Positions 38,110 through 49,827 of a DNA stretch of 64,000 nucleotides are shown one piece after another. Source of the DNA: Bryobacterales bacterium (GTDB lineage: Bacteria > Acidobacteriota > Terriglobia > Bryobacterales > UBA6623). The position numbers and the translations under genes are program-made. The stretch lies in assembly GCA_963422375.2 (NCBI GenBank), contig OY729427.2, positions 1-64,000 on the forward strand, written 5' to 3'. The notes beneath the pieces were generated by a model, which had not been told where the DNA came from, searched no databases, and saw only the letters and a program-made list of their open reading frames with translations. Every line of letters starts with the position of its first letter. Position 1 is the first letter of the stretch.

Positions 38110-39718
38110 CAGCGGTTCTAGATTTGGCCGTCAAGGGGGTGCGTGAACGTTGTTTCGGAGGATGAGGTGAATAAGTTGACCGAGAGGTTGCGCTCCCGAG
38201 GCCGCCCCGCGGGAGCGTCGGACGGCGGGCAGGGCCGTGGCGCGGCCCGCGTCGCGAGTCCGCGGAGTGCCGAGCCCGCGGCCGGACGCACTCCGGCGGT
38301 AGCCGGCTTTGACGGCCGGCCGCTCGCCGGACGCTGCCGGCACGAGACTGCGTGGAGTCCAGGCCCCGGCCGCCTGGCAGCCCGGAGGCGCGCGTCCGGC
38401 GCGCACCGCCGCCAGCAGCGTCGGCCGGTCCGGGAAGCGGAACCAGCGCAGCGCGACCTGCAGCTCCCGGAACAGGGCGCGGCGCGTGACTGGCTGGCGC
38501 CGGCACTGCTGCCACAGCGCGCAGACGCACTGCAGCACGGCGCGGAGCGCGAAGGCGAACAGGTTCGGCACGGCCGGCACGTTGGCCAGCCCTTCCTTGC
38601 CGTGCCCGAAGTTGCGCTTGCAGTTGCGGCCGTGCCGCGCCAGGCAGTTGAAGCCCTCGTTCTCGATCTGCCAGCGCGCCCGGCCGGCCCGCGCGATCGG
38701 CTCCGCGTTGTCCGCGGTGACCGCGAGACCGGTGGAGAAGCTGCTGGCGCAGGTGCGCTTGCCGTCGCGCTCCACGGCGTACTCGATCCAAGTGCCCTGC
38801 AGGGCGTCGCGGCCCTTGCGCAGGAGCACCGCGGCCGTCCGGCGGAAACGGTGCCGCTCGGACCGCTTGCCCTTCCCGCGCCGCGGCGGCCTCGCAGACC
38901 GACTGGCAGCAGTACAGGTCGTCGCCCGGCAGGACGGGGCGGCAGGCCTGCAGCCAGGCGCCGCGAGCGGCGAGCCAGCGCTTGGCGGCGTTGCGCTCGC
39001 AGTCCCGCTTGCGCTCGTCCTCGCTCATGTCGGCGCGGGTCGCGGCCGCGTCCTGCTGCGGGCGCACGAACTCGCGCATCAGCGGCAGGACCGTGGCGTG
39101 GCCGTCGGCCACCGCGGTGGCCGCGACCATGGTGTGGAAGTGATGCGGCCGGCGCTCGCTGCCGACGCGCCGCACCGAGCACTGCGGGCAATGCACCCTG
39201 TCGGAGCGGTGGAACCGGACGCCGTCCGGAGCCGCCGGCAGGCGCTCGTCGAGGCGCTGGAAGGGCTCGAGCGCGCCCTGCGCGGCCACGGTTGCGAGGC
39301 ACCGCCGGAACGGCGGGTCGAACGCGGCCGGGTCGCGGTCGTCGAGCAAGTTGCGGATCCGGTTGTCGCAGGGGATGCGGCCCGCGCCGCACAGGGTCCG
39401 GCAGTTGGAGCGCGAGCCGTCCCGCTCCATGCGTCGCTGGAACGCGAGCAACGACTCGCACCGGGTGCAGAAGCAGGCCGGGGCGCACCAGGGCGCAACC
39501 GGCGGCGTCGCTGACCTCGTAGCGCTTGTTGCTGCGACCCTCGCGCCGGTCGGGCCGGCCGGCGGCCGTCTCGCGGAAGGCGCTCGGCAGCGCGTCCAGG
39601 ACATGGGGCATTTACCCTAGCTCACAAATTCCGCAAGCAAAAGTCAAGTGCCAGACTGCCTTCGACACCTTTCTCAGACACTCTGGAAATCCCAAAATGC
39701 CCAAATTGAGAATCGCTG
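38110..39718 (-). mobile_element. DDE insertion sequence (ISNCY/IS4-like), copy 1; transposase frameshifted and internally deleted
   Basis: Imperfect ~20-bp TIRs CAGCG(A/G)TTCT..ATTTGG; perfect 9-bp TSD GCGCGCCGT (38101-38109 / 39719-39727); RARWQIENEGFN, DCERNAAKRW. Confidence 0.9.
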
Positions 39719-40031
39719 GCGCGCCGTCCGAATGAGCGCGCCACCCGACAGGTACGTCCCGAAGGCCGTGCTCGGGGGCGTGTGCAGGCGAATCTGCCAG
39801 ACGGGCCTGCGATCCTGCCACGCGCGTAGGGCGTGGAAGCACAGCGTCGCCGAGGCACGCTGGCTGGCGCCGTGCTCCGTCCCGTCGTCCGTCCAGTCCG
39901 CTTCGCCGCCAGCGGACTGGGATGGGAGGCAATGCAGCGCAGGGGCTTAGGACGGGTTGCAGCAATGTCCGTCGACCTTGGAGTTCGTATCTGTCCGCCA
40001 ACCCGGGCCCGCCCGCGCTCGCAGGCGAAAC

Positions 40032-40081
40032 TTCTGTTGGCTGCATCGCGCATACATTCTGTTGGCTGCATCGCGCATACA
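40032..40081. repeat. Perfect 25-bp tandem duplication in the promoter region of the cytochrome c gene
   Basis: TTCTGTTGGCTGCATCGCGCATACA x2; second copy runs into TACAAT. Confidence 0.85.
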
Positions 40082-40101
40082 ATGGACGGCGACACTTCCC
40101 G

Positions 40102-40926
40102 ATGACAGCTACGCGACTCCGTCCCTGCCTCTGCCTCGCGGCGTCCGTCTTGGCCCTCGCCGCGAGTGCCGGCGCGGATGCTCCCCGCGGCAATCCCCTC
40201 GGCAGGGACCCCGCCGCGGTCCGCGCAGGCGATGAGCTGTTCCACGAACGCTGCGCTGTGTGCCACGGGCAACGCGCCCAAGGGGCGATGGCTTCGAACC
40301 TAGTCCGCACCCGCCGTGTTCGGCGCGGATCCGAGCAGTCCCTGTTCGAATTGATTCAAACGGGCATCCCGGGCACCGAAATGCCTCCCCAGCCCGACCT
40401 CCCGGACGAGCGCGTGTGGCAGATCGTGTCGTACCTGAGAAGCTTGGTGCATCCGGGAGAGCAGCCGCAGCTGCCCGGAGACGTAGACGCGGGCCGCGCG
40501 CTCTTCCGCAGCGCGGGCTGCGCCACGTGCCACATCGTGAACGGCCACGGCGGCTTCTTGGGACCGTCCCTAGACTCGATTGCGATCCGCAAGACGAGCG
40601 ACCAGATCCGGAGCGACGTGCTCAATCCCAGCGCGAGCCTGGCCGAAGGCTACGAGACCGTTTCCGCACAGGCCTCCGACGGAAGGCGGGTCGAGGGCGT
40701 TCTCAAGAACGAGGACACCTTCCTCGTGCTGATCCTGACGGAGGCCGGCGAGGTCGAAGCGCTGCCCCGCGACAGGCTGCGATCACTCGACAGACCCGCC
40801 CGGTCGCGCATGCCAGCGGATTACGGTACGCGGCTCTCGGCGGGAGAGCTGCGTGCTCTATTCGCATTCCTGGACCGGCAGCGAGATCCGTTCACGCCCG
40901 TAGTCCGCGGATTCGGTGTTTACTGA
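40102..40926 (+). CDS. Di-heme c-type cytochrome
   Basis: Signal peptide, CAVCH and CATCH, GIPGTEMP, SRMP. Confidence 0.9.
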   Translation: MTATRLRPCLCLAASVLALAASAGADAPRGNPLGRDPAAVRAGDELFHERCAVCHGQRAQGAMASNLVRTRRVRRGSEQSLFELIQTGIPGTEMPPQPDLPDERVWQIVSYLRSLVHPGEQPQLPGDVDAGRALFRSAGCATCHIVNGHGGFLGPSLDSIAIRKTSDQIRSDVLNPSASLAEGYETVSAQASDGRRVEGVLKNEDTFLVLILTEAGEVEALPRDRLRSLDRPARSRMPADYGTRLSAGELRALFAFLDRQRDPFTPVVRGFGVY

Positions 40927-40935
40927 AGCAGCCCA

Positions 40936-42513
40936 ATGCGTACTTCCCGACTTATCAGCCTCGCGCTGCTGGGCACGGGACTCGCCGTCCCGTCCGGGGC
41001 GCAGCCGTTAGAGGAGCGATACAGGAACCCATCCAACTGGCTCAGCTACGACCGCGACAACACCGGCCGTCGCTACTCCGAGCTCGCTCGCATCGATCGC
41101 GACAACGTCGCCCGGCTGGTTCCCAAGTGGATGTTCCAGTACAGCCCGCAGCAGCTGCGCAGCGAGGCGACGCCGCTCGTCCGGGACGGCGTGATGTATC
41201 TGGCTGCGGGCGGGATGCGGGCGTTCGCCCTGGACGCGGCCACCGGCCGTTCCGTGTGGCGCTTCGACTACCCCTTCGACCAAGGGGACGGGCGCCCGAA
41301 CCCCAACTGGAGCCGAGGCCTCGGCCTGTCGGGGACTCGCCTGTATCTCGGCACGCCGGACTGCCACGTAATCGCGATCGACAGCCGCAACGGGGCGATG
41401 CTGTGGCGCTCCCCCGTGACCGCGGACCAGCCCTGCTTCGGCTCGACCGGCGCGCCCATCATCGCAAAGAATCGGGTGCTGGTCGGCATCCGCGGCGGCG
41501 ACACCGGTCGCGTCCGAGGCTACCTCGACGCCTTCGACGCCGAAACCGGGAAGCGCGAGTGGCGCTTCTACACGGTCCCCGCTCCGGGCGAGCCCGGGTC
41601 GGAGACGTGGCCGGACAACGACTCGTGGAAGGCCGGCGGCGGCACTCCCTGGACCAGCGGCACCTACGACCCGGAACTCGACCTGCTGTACTGGCCGACC
41701 GGCAATCCCGGCCCGAAGGACTTCGATGGTCGCAACCGCGAAGGCGACAATCTCTACACCGCGACGCTGCTGGCCCTGCGCCCCGATGACGGCGAGCTCG
41801 TCTGGCACTTCCAGTACACGCCGCACGACGAACACGACTGGGACGCCAACCAGACGCCGGTTCTCGTGGATGCCGACTGGAACGGGCGGCGCCGCAAGCT
41901 CGTGGTACATCCGAACCGGAACGCGTTCCTATACGTGATCGACCGGGAGAGCGGGGAATTCCTGCGCGCCACGCCGTTCGCGAAGCAGAACTGGCTCTCT
42001 CGGTTCACCCCCGAAGGCCGTCCGGTCCCCAGGCCCGAGGCAGCGCCCAGCCCGGCCGGCGCGCACGCCTGCCCGGACATCCACGGCGGGACCAACTGGC
42101 AGTCGCCGACCTTCCATCCCGGGACCGGGCTGTTCTACGTCATGTCCCGGGACGCCTGCGGGGTGTACTTCCGCACGGGACACAGCATCGACCACCTCGA
42201 GACCGGCGCCGAGAATTTCCTGCGCGCCATCGACCTTGCCGCGGGCAGCCTGCGCTGGGAGCTCCCGCTGCTGGGGGTGGAGAACCGCGAGGTGATGTTC
42301 GCGGGTGCGATGTCCACCGCCGGCGGGCTGGTCTTCTTCGGGAGCCGCGACGGCAACTTCATGGCCGCCGACGCAGAATCCGGGCAAGTGCTCTGGCACT
42401 TCAATACCGGCGGCACGATCCGGGCCTCCCCGATCACTTACGAGGCGGACGGGCAGCAGTTCGTCGCGATCACGACCAAGAGCGGCGTGTTCGCATTCGG
42501 CCTCTTCGACTAG
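40936..42513 (+). CDS. PQQ-binding quinoprotein dehydrogenase
   Basis: EATPLVRDG, WHFQYTPHDEHDWD, GGTNW, ASPITYEADGQQFVA. Confidence 0.92.
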   Translation: MRTSRLISLALLGTGLAVPSGAQPLEERYRNPSNWLSYDRDNTGRRYSELARIDRDNVARLVPKWMFQYSPQQLRSEATPLVRDGVMYLAAGGMRAFALDAATGRSVWRFDYPFDQGDGRPNPNWSRGLGLSGTRLYLGTPDCHVIAIDSRNGAMLWRSPVTADQPCFGSTGAPIIAKNRVLVGIRGGDTGRVRGYLDAFDAETGKREWRFYTVPAPGEPGSETWPDNDSWKAGGGTPWTSGTYDPELDLLYWPTGNPGPKDFDGRNREGDNLYTATLLALRPDDGELVWHFQYTPHDEHDWDANQTPVLVDADWNGRRRKLVVHPNRNAFLYVIDRESGEFLRATPFAKQNWLSRFTPEGRPVPRPEAAPSPAGAHACPDIHGGTNWQSPTFHPGTGLFYVMSRDACGVYFRTGHSIDHLETGAENFLRAIDLAAGSLRWELPLLGVENREVMFAGAMSTAGGLVFFGSRDGNFMAADAESGQVLWHFNTGGTIRASPITYEADGQQFVAITTKSGVFAFGLFD

Positions 42514-42797
42514 CGTCCCCGCCGGCCAGCGGGATTCCGCCTTGGATAGTAGTCCCGGGACCTGCTCCGGCCCCGAGCCATGTGCCGGGACGGCCCTATC
42601 GGACCGCCGTCCGTCCTAGGGGCGGTCCGATAGGCTCCCGGCACCACGAATCGGTTTACTTGCGTATCATTTTCGTTTCGATAGAGCTGGAAATTGCCAG
42701 CAGAGGTCGCACGATTTCCATATTTTCGTCCGTATGCGCAACTGGAACAGGTCAACTAGCGTCTATTTTCGTACTGTGTTCACTTTGGAGGTGCGAT

Positions 42798-43457
42798 TTG
42801 CCTGTCCCACGAATTCGTTCTATCATCAAGTTCGGCTTGATCGCGGCGGTGCTCGTGTTAATCCTGCTTTCGGGGATCCGCATCGGGTCCTCGACCGGGC
42901 CGCCGGCTCCCCGGACCCAGCCGAAGACCCGCGTGGGTGACCGCAACGATTCCCGGGAGGCCGCGGGCGGCGAGACGGGGGTCGGGCTCCGCGGGTATCC
43001 CTTCGCGGAACGAGGCGCCGCCGCTAAGGCGGCCTTCGAGACGTTCCAGCGCGACATGAGCGCCTACTGGGACTCGGAATACCAGCGCGCGCTCGCCCAG
43101 GCCGAGGAGCGCATGGCGACGGAGACCAAGGCCGCGCTCGCGGTCGCCGAGAGGGTCAACGCCGCCGCCCAGCGCAACGCCGAGCGGGTCGCCGCGGAGC
43201 AGGCCCGGGCCAACGCCGTGGCGCTCGAGCGCATTGCACGGCGCCAGGCCGCAGCCGACCAAGCCGCCGTGGAGCGCATCGGGCGGGCGCAGGCCGAGGC
43301 CAACCGCCTCGCGGTCGAGAGAATCGCCCGCGACCAGGCCGAGGCAGACCGAAGAGCGGCGGAGCTCCTCGCACGCGACCAAGCACGGATTTACAGCGGC
43401 GGGGGCGAGGACCTCGGGAGAGCAGCGGGGGGAGCTCGCAGCGCGCCGGGCAACTAG
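42798..43457 (+). CDS. Membrane-anchored hypothetical protein with Ala-rich 15-aa coiled-coil repeats
   Basis: N-terminal TM; repeats AxERIARxQAxAN/D; GGAG RBS before TTG. Confidence 0.6.
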   Translation: MPVPRIRSIIKFGLIAAVLVLILLSGIRIGSSTGPPAPRTQPKTRVGDRNDSREAAGGETGVGLRGYPFAERGAAAKAAFETFQRDMSAYWDSEYQRALAQAEERMATETKAALAVAERVNAAAQRNAERVAAEQARANAVALERIARRQAAADQAAVERIGRAQAEANRLAVERIARDQAEADRRAAELLARDQARIYSGGGEDLGRAAGGARSAPGN

Positions 43458-43608
43458 TCGCAGTCAGGGCGGGGCTCGGGTATCCGCTCCGGCCACCGGC
43501 TCGGCGGCATCCGGCCCCGTCCCGCTCGCGACTGGCGGGGACGCCTGCCCCGTAGGCCAGCGCCGCCTTGCTATCGACGCGAGCGCGTGCGTCCTACCGG
43601 CCCCGGCA

Positions 43609-45030
43609 TCACCGCGGCGGACGGACGGTCCAGTTGGGGTGCGCGACATGCTCCCGGGCCATGATCGCCTCGATTTCCGCGACCACGTCCCGATGGTTCC
43701 GCGCCACGTCGTAAGTTTCGGCCGGGTCGCGGGTCACGTCGTACAACTCGACCCGGCCCGTCAGCATCGGCTTGCGGACGCCCTTCCAGCGACGGAGCCG
43801 GACCGCCTGCGCCGAGCCGCCCTCGTAGAACTCCCAGTACAGGTGGTCGTGCGGCCGCTGGTCGCCGGGACGGCCCCGCAGCGTCGGCGCGAAGCTGACC
43901 GAGTCCGTGCCCGGCGGCATCTCCGCTCCCGCAAGATCCGCCGCGGTCGCCATCAGGTCGCCGAAGTAGCCGACGTGGTCCGAAACCCGGCCCGGCTGGA
44001 TGGCATCCGGCCACCAAGCGAGGAACGGCACGCGGATGCCCCCCTCGTAGAGGTCGCGCTTGGTACCGCGCAACACGCCCGACGGGTCGAACTTGAGCAG
44101 GTCGTGATTGGACTCGTTGTGCGGCCCGTTGTCGGAGGAGAACATCACGAGCGTGTTCTCGGCGAGGCCGAGCTCGGCCAGCCGGTCCAGCAGCGAGCCG
44201 ACATCCCGGTCCATGCGCGTGATCATGGCGGCCTGCCCCTTGTCGGGATTCGGCCAGTCCTCGCGGTCGTAGATCCCGTACTCGGGCACCTCGGCCCCGT
44301 CCCCTGTAGCTGACGTACCCTCGTTGTTCGCATGGGGAATCGTAAGGGCCAGATACAGGAAGAACGATGCGTCCCCCTGTCTCGCGAGCCAGTCCATGGC
44401 CTCGCGCATGATCACGTCATGGGAGTACTCCCGGCGCTCGGTCGCCCATCCGCCGCGGAAGCCGCCGTACTCCCGCGCTATGCGCTGGACGCTGTTCCGC
44501 AGAGAAGCCTTCTCCAGGCCGCGCCAGAGGAACTCCGGATAGTAGTTGTGGGCGTGGACCTGGTTCAGGTAGCCGAAGAACGTGTCGAATCCCTGCTTGA
44601 GCGGGTGCCCTTCCAAGCCGACCTCGCCTAGGCCCCACTTGCCGTACAGGGCCGTGGAGTAGCCCGCGAACTTCAGCACCTCCGCTACGGTGAGGTCCTC
44701 GTCGCGGAGCGACTGGGCCGTCATGTCCGGGCCGCGGGCGTTGCCCCGGACGTGCGTGTGCCCGGTATGCAAGCCCGTCATCAGGACGCTGCGCGACGGG
44801 GCGCAGACGGTGGCACCGGCGTAGAACTGGGTGAACCGGATGCCTTCCCTTGCCATCCGGTCGAGGCGGGGAGTCTGTATGACCGCCTGGCCGTAGGACC
44901 CGAGGTCCCCGTATCCGAGGTCGTCGGCGAGGATAAAGACTATGTTGGGCCGCTCCGCTTCCGCCCGGACGCTCGCGGCTGCCGCCAGCAGCAGCGCCGC
45001 CACGGCTAACAGAGACAGGGGTCTTCGCAT
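43609..45030 (-). CDS. Arylsulfatase
   Basis: PNIVFILADDLGYGD, CAPSRSVLMTG, GKWGLG, SSDNG, YEGGIRVP. Confidence 0.95.
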   Translation of the reverse strand: MRRPLSLLAVAALLLAAAASVRAEAERPNIVFILADDLGYGDLGSYGQAVIQTPRLDRMAREGIRFTQFYAGATVCAPSRSVLMTGLHTGHTHVRGNARGPDMTAQSLRDEDLTVAEVLKFAGYSTALYGKWGLGEVGLEGHPLKQGFDTFFGYLNQVHAHNYYPEFLWRGLEKASLRNSVQRIAREYGGFRGGWATERREYSHDVIMREAMDWLARQGDASFFLYLALTIPHANNEGTSATGDGAEVPEYGIYDREDWPNPDKGQAAMITRMDRDVGSLLDRLAELGLAENTLVMFSSDNGPHNESNHDLLKFDPSGVLRGTKRDLYEGGIRVPFLAWWPDAIQPGRVSDHVGYFGDLMATAADLAGAEMPPGTDSVSFAPTLRGRPGDQRPHDHLYWEFYEGGSAQAVRLRRWKGVRKPMLTGRVELYDVTRDPAETYDVARNHRDVVAEIEAIMAREHVAHPNWTVRPPR

Positions 45031-45053
45031 CAATCCCTCCAATGAGCTCGATT

Positions 45054-47893
45054 CTAGCGCCGGCTGGCCCGCGGGCCCCACTGGGTCGCCTCGAGAAAGG
45101 CTAGGAGGTCGGCCAGGTCGCCGCGGCTGACCTGCTCGGCCAGCCCGGACGGCATGGCAGAAACGGTGCCCGGACGGATCTTCTCGATCTCCGAACGCGC
45201 GAGCCACGCTTGGCTCTCAGCGTCCAGGGCCAGCAGAAGGTGCGTGTCGCTCTCCTCGAGCACCACTCCGTTGAGGCTCTGGTCGGCGGTGACTGCGACG
45301 ACGGGCTCGAAGCTGCACACGAAGCTCGCGCTCGGGTAGACGATCGCTTCGAGCAGGTCCCTGCGCTCGCGAATCTGCCCGATCCGGGTCAGATCGGGGC
45401 CGATCTTCCCTCCTTGGTAGCCGATCGCATGGCAAGCCATGCAGGCGGTCTCGGCGCTATTGAAGACAGCCTGACCCCGCACGACATCGCCCGGCGGAAG
45501 CGAGTCGAGCATCCGGTCGATCATGGCGTTCTGTTCGGCAAGCCCGGCGACCTCGCCCACGAGGAGAGCGTCGACCCGTTCGCGGACCCGAGGCGGGAAC
45601 CCCCGCGTGGCGGAGGCGGCGACATCGGCACGCAGGTTGGCGAGGCCGCGAGCCTGCGACAAACGGTCCGCGAACCGCGCCCCGACCTCGGCATCGTCGG
45701 ACCGGCGGAACGCTGCAACGATCCGCGGCAATTCCATCGGTCCCACTTCGGGCAGCAGGTCCGCCAGATCCAGGAGCTGGTCGCGGTTCAGCGGCGCCTC
45801 CGACAGCACGGTGGCAGCGGCGGCCCTATCTCGGACCGCGCCCGACGGGTGAACCTCGCCGACAGCCAAGGCGTACAACGCAGGATCGAGACCCCCGAGA
45901 GAAGCAGCACCGGCGGCCAGCGCCCGAATCCGGATTGATTCGGCGACCGCCGGATCGCTTGCCACACCGAGCAGCGCGGCATCCAACCGCGGCAATACTT
46001 CGTCCGGAGGCGGCATTCCGCGTGCCGCCCGCAGGGCGGCTTCGACCGTGTCCTTCCGTCCGAGCGCAACCGCGATCGTGGCTTCCCAGCCGTCCGGGAC
46101 CTCGTCCACGGACGCGCCCGCCATGGCCTCCAGCGCCACTTGTCTCGCCTGCGCCCCGCTGTCGCCGCGGGCCGTGCCGGCCAGCAACGCCTGGATCGAG
46201 GGGTTGCCCGCGAAACTCTGGAGCTGCCCCTCCAGATCTCCGGGCTCCGCAATGGGCCGCTCTCCGAGCCTTCCTGCCAGATACCCGGACAGCGCCCCGC
46301 CCCACTCCGGGTGGCGGGAGGCGATCCAGCTGGCAGCATCCGAGATCAGGGGTTCGGGCGAGCGCAGCAGCGGAAGCACGGTGTCGGAACCGAGCACGGC
46401 CGGGCGCATCTGATCCAAGGCGATTAGCGCGGCCCGGCGAGTCCGGGCGGACAGGGACGACAGGCCGGCCCTCGTGGCGCGAGGATCGGCGATCTCGATC
46501 AGGGCATACACCAGCGAGTGCGTCAGGACCTCGCCCTCGGCGCGACCCGCCGCCTCGAGCAAAGGACCGACGGCGGACGAATCGCCGATCCGGCCCAGAG
46601 CCTCCGCCGCCGCCCTCTTGACTGCGTCCGAGGAGTCCTCGAGGAGGTCCAGCGCGGCCCCGGCACCCCTTGCGCGCGATGCAAGGCGACCGCGTTGAGA
46701 GCCGCATGACGCACGCTTGCGGACTCGTCCGAAAGGGCCGTACGCACGGCGTCGCGCGCCTCGGCGGATTCGATTCTGGCAAGGGACCATACGGCGTTCC
46801 GACGCGCTTCGAGCGACGGGCCGTCCTTCAGTGCCCGGGCGAGTTCATCCACGGGCTCTGTCGCGACCGAGGCTGTCAAGACCTTCCTGCGCACCCCGGG
46901 CCGGGGATCGCCCAGCAGTTCGACGAGGGCCGCGGAGCCGGCGTCCGACCAGTCGATCGCGCTTCCGCGCGGATCCTGCGGTGCGAACGCGCCGCGCTCG
47001 CGGATACGGTAGATGCCGCCGAGCAGGTCCGGCTTGGACAGCTGCGCGGTAGGGCAGCAGAGCTTGTCCAAGCCCCGGTGTCAACGACAAGCAAGCTTCC
47101 GTCCGCGTCCTCCATGACGTCCGTCGGATGGAAGTCCCGGCTGCCCGAGACCAGGAAGTCTTCATCCTCCGTCACGAAGCTGGCTCCGCTCGGCACGAGC
47201 CGGTGGGACGTGACCTTGTTCAGGTTGAATGACGTGGCGAAGAGGCGGCCGCGGTAATCGTCGCCGAACTGGCTCGACTCGTACCGGGCGAGACCGACCG
47301 GAGCTGCGCCGCCCATGTGCGTCATGACCGACAGGTAACCGCCGGTCATCGGATGGCCGTCGGTGACGCCGTGAACCTTGCCGTAGACGCCGCCGTACAC
47401 GGCATGGACGATGCCGTCCCGCCGGCCCAGCTGCGGGTGAACTAGGAAGGTCGACGTGAGCAGCCTCTCGCCCTCGGGGGTGAAGGCGACCTCCACCGGG
47501 TTGTCCATGCCACCCGTCAGCACCGCCTCGACCGGGCCGCCGCCCGGGCGACGCCTGAATACATGCGCCGCCCGGGTCACGAGCGGCTCCCGCCCGGGCC
47601 GCTCGTAAGTCTGCTCGGCGAAGGCACCCTTCGTCCAGTAGATCCGGCCGTCCAGCCCGAGATACGGCCCGTGAAGGTCGTTGGCGCAGTTCGTCAGGGT
47701 CTTGGCGTCGAACCACTCCTCCCGCTCGTCCGCCACGCCGTCCCCGTCCGTGTCGGTGAGCTTCCAAATGCTCGGCGGAGCGGCGACGTAGACCGAGCCG
47801 TCGTGCCAGAGCACGCCCTCTGGAAGCATCATCCCATCGGCGAATACCGTACGCCTGTCGTAGCGCCCGTCGTCGTCAAGGTCTTCGAGCAGT
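45054..47893 (-). pseudogene. PVC-type membrane-bound dehydrogenase / heme-binding CxxCH protein, 3' part (frameshifts near 47075 and 46680)
   Basis: EDLDDDGRYDRRTVFADG, GGMDNP, DFHPTDV, HEAT-like repeats, CMACH, IGPDLT; 5' part at 56409-56662. Confidence 0.85.
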
Positions 47894-48907
47894 CAGCGAT
47901 TCTAAATTTGGCCATCAACGGGGTGCGTGAACGTTGATTAGCTGATTATGAGGATGAGATGAACCACTTTACCGAGAGGTCGCTCTAATAAGGCTGCCTC
48001 GCGGGAGCGTCGGACGGCTGGCAGGGCCGTGGCGCGGCCGCCGCAGCGGGTCGGCCGAGTGCCGAGATCGCGGCCGGACGCGCCCCGGCGGTAGCCGGCT
48101 GCCACGGTCGGCCGCTGGCCGGACGCTGCCGGCACGAAGCTGCGCGGAGTCCAGGCCCCGGCCGGGGTCGGCCGGCAGCCCGGCGGCGCGCGTCCGTCTC
48201 TCACCGCCACCAGCAGAGTCGGCCAGTCCGGGAAGCGGAACCAGCGCAGCGCGGCCTGCAGCTCCCGGAACAGGGCGCGGCGCGTGACTGGCTGGCGCCG
48301 GCACTGCTGCCACAGCGCGCAGACGCACTGCAGCACGGCGCGGAGCGCGAAGGCGAACAGGTTCGGCACGGCCGGCACGTTGGCCAGCCCTTCCTTGCCG
48401 TGCCCGAAGTTGCGCTTGCAGTTGCGGCCGTGCCGCGCCAGGCAGTTGAAGCCCTCGTTCTCGATCTTCCAGCGCGCCCGGCCGGCCCGCGCGATCGGCT
48501 CCGCGTTGTCCGCGGTGACTGCGAGACCGGTGGAGAAGCTGCTGGCGCAGGTGCGCTTGCCGTCGCGCTCCACGGCGTACTCGATCCAAGTGCCCTGCAG
48601 GGCGTCGCGGCCCTTGCGCAGGAGCACCGCGGCCGTCCGGCGGAAACGGTGCCGCTCGGACCGCTTGCCCTTCCCGCGCCGCGGCAGCCAGCCGGTCGAG
48701 CGCACCGCGCCGCTCCCCCGCCGGCTCTCCGGCACCTCGTGCAAGTGCTTGCGGGATCCGGGCTTGCCTACCCGGATGTAGTCCATGCCGGCGGCCTCGC
48801 AGACCGGCTGGCAGCAATACAGGGGAATTATATATCTGAGTGCCGAGGGAATCAAGTCGGCAAATTATCAAGCCATTATAAAATTTCATATTTCTTCCGA
48901 CTTTCCG

Positions 48908-48937
48908 TTGACATTATATGGTGTTTCTTGGTAGAAT
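48908..48937 (+). promoter_or_regulatory. Near-consensus sigma70 promoter for the IS1595 transposase
   Basis: TTGACA-18 bp-TAGAAT with extended TG. Confidence 0.7.
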
Positions 48938-48960
48938 AGTTCCAGTAAGGGATACCGTAA

Positions 48961-49827
48961 ATGAAGAAACCAGGTCCCGGAAAGTGGTTCCGTAAAGGCA
49001 TCACATTGATCGAAGTGATCGCCATGTTCCCCGATGACGAATCCGCGGAAAAGTGGTTCGCCTCCATGCGCTGGCCGGACGGTCCCGCGTGCCCCCGCTG
49101 CCGCGGCTCCAGCGTGCAGTCCGACGCGGCCCACCCTTCGATGCCGTACCGTTGCCGCGGCTGCGGCAAGCGCTTTTCGGTGCGCACCGGCAGCGTGATG
49201 GCCGACACCGAGCTCGGCTACCGCACCCGGGCCGTCGCCCTGTTCCTGCTGACCACCGGCATCAAGGGCGTCTCGAGCATGAAGCTGCACCGCGACCTGG
49301 ACATCAGCCAAAAGTCGGCCTGGCACCTGGCGCACCGCATCCGCGCGTGCCGGGAGCGGGATCGGGGCCCGTTCGCCGGCCCGGTGGAGGTGGACGAGAC
49401 CTGCGTCGGCGGCAAGGAACGCAACCAGCACGAGAGCAAGAAGGCCCGCGCCGGGGGCGACCTGCAGGGCTTCGTGCGCGGCCGGGTCGCGCCGGGCGCG
49501 CAGCTCTACTCCGACGAGGCGGCGGCCTGCGCCGGCATGGCGGAGTTCACGCACGAAGCCGTCAGGCACTCCGGCGGCGAGTACGTGCGCGGGGCAGCGC
49601 ATGCGAACGGCATCGAATCGTTTGGGTCCCTGTTCAAGCGCGGCCTGTACGGAACCTATCACCGGATGAGCGTCCGTCATCTCGGCCGCTACCTCACGGA
49701 GTTCGCGGGACGGCGCAACGACCGCGACTGCGACACGGAGGAACAGATGCGGCGCATGGCGCGGGGCTTGGTCGGCCGGACGCTGACCTGCCGGCAGCTG
49801 ACCGGCAAGGCCGCGGTCGCGGCCTGA
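48961..49827 (+). CDS. IS1595-family transposase, probably degenerate
   Basis: Zn ribbon CPRC..CRGC; VEVDET, YSDE, NGIESF, YLTEF; apparent internal deletion after KKARAGG. Confidence 0.85.
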   Translation: MKKPGPGKWFRKGITLIEVIAMFPDDESAEKWFASMRWPDGPACPRCRGSSVQSDAAHPSMPYRCRGCGKRFSVRTGSVMADTELGYRTRAVALFLLTTGIKGVSSMKLHRDLDISQKSAWHLAHRIRACRERDRGPFAGPVEVDETCVGGKERNQHESKKARAGGDLQGFVRGRVAPGAQLYSDEAAACAGMAEFTHEAVRHSGGEYVRGAAHANGIESFGSLFKRGLYGTYHRMSVRHLGRYLTEFAGRRNDRDCDTEEQMRRMARGLVGRTLTCRQLTGKAAVAA

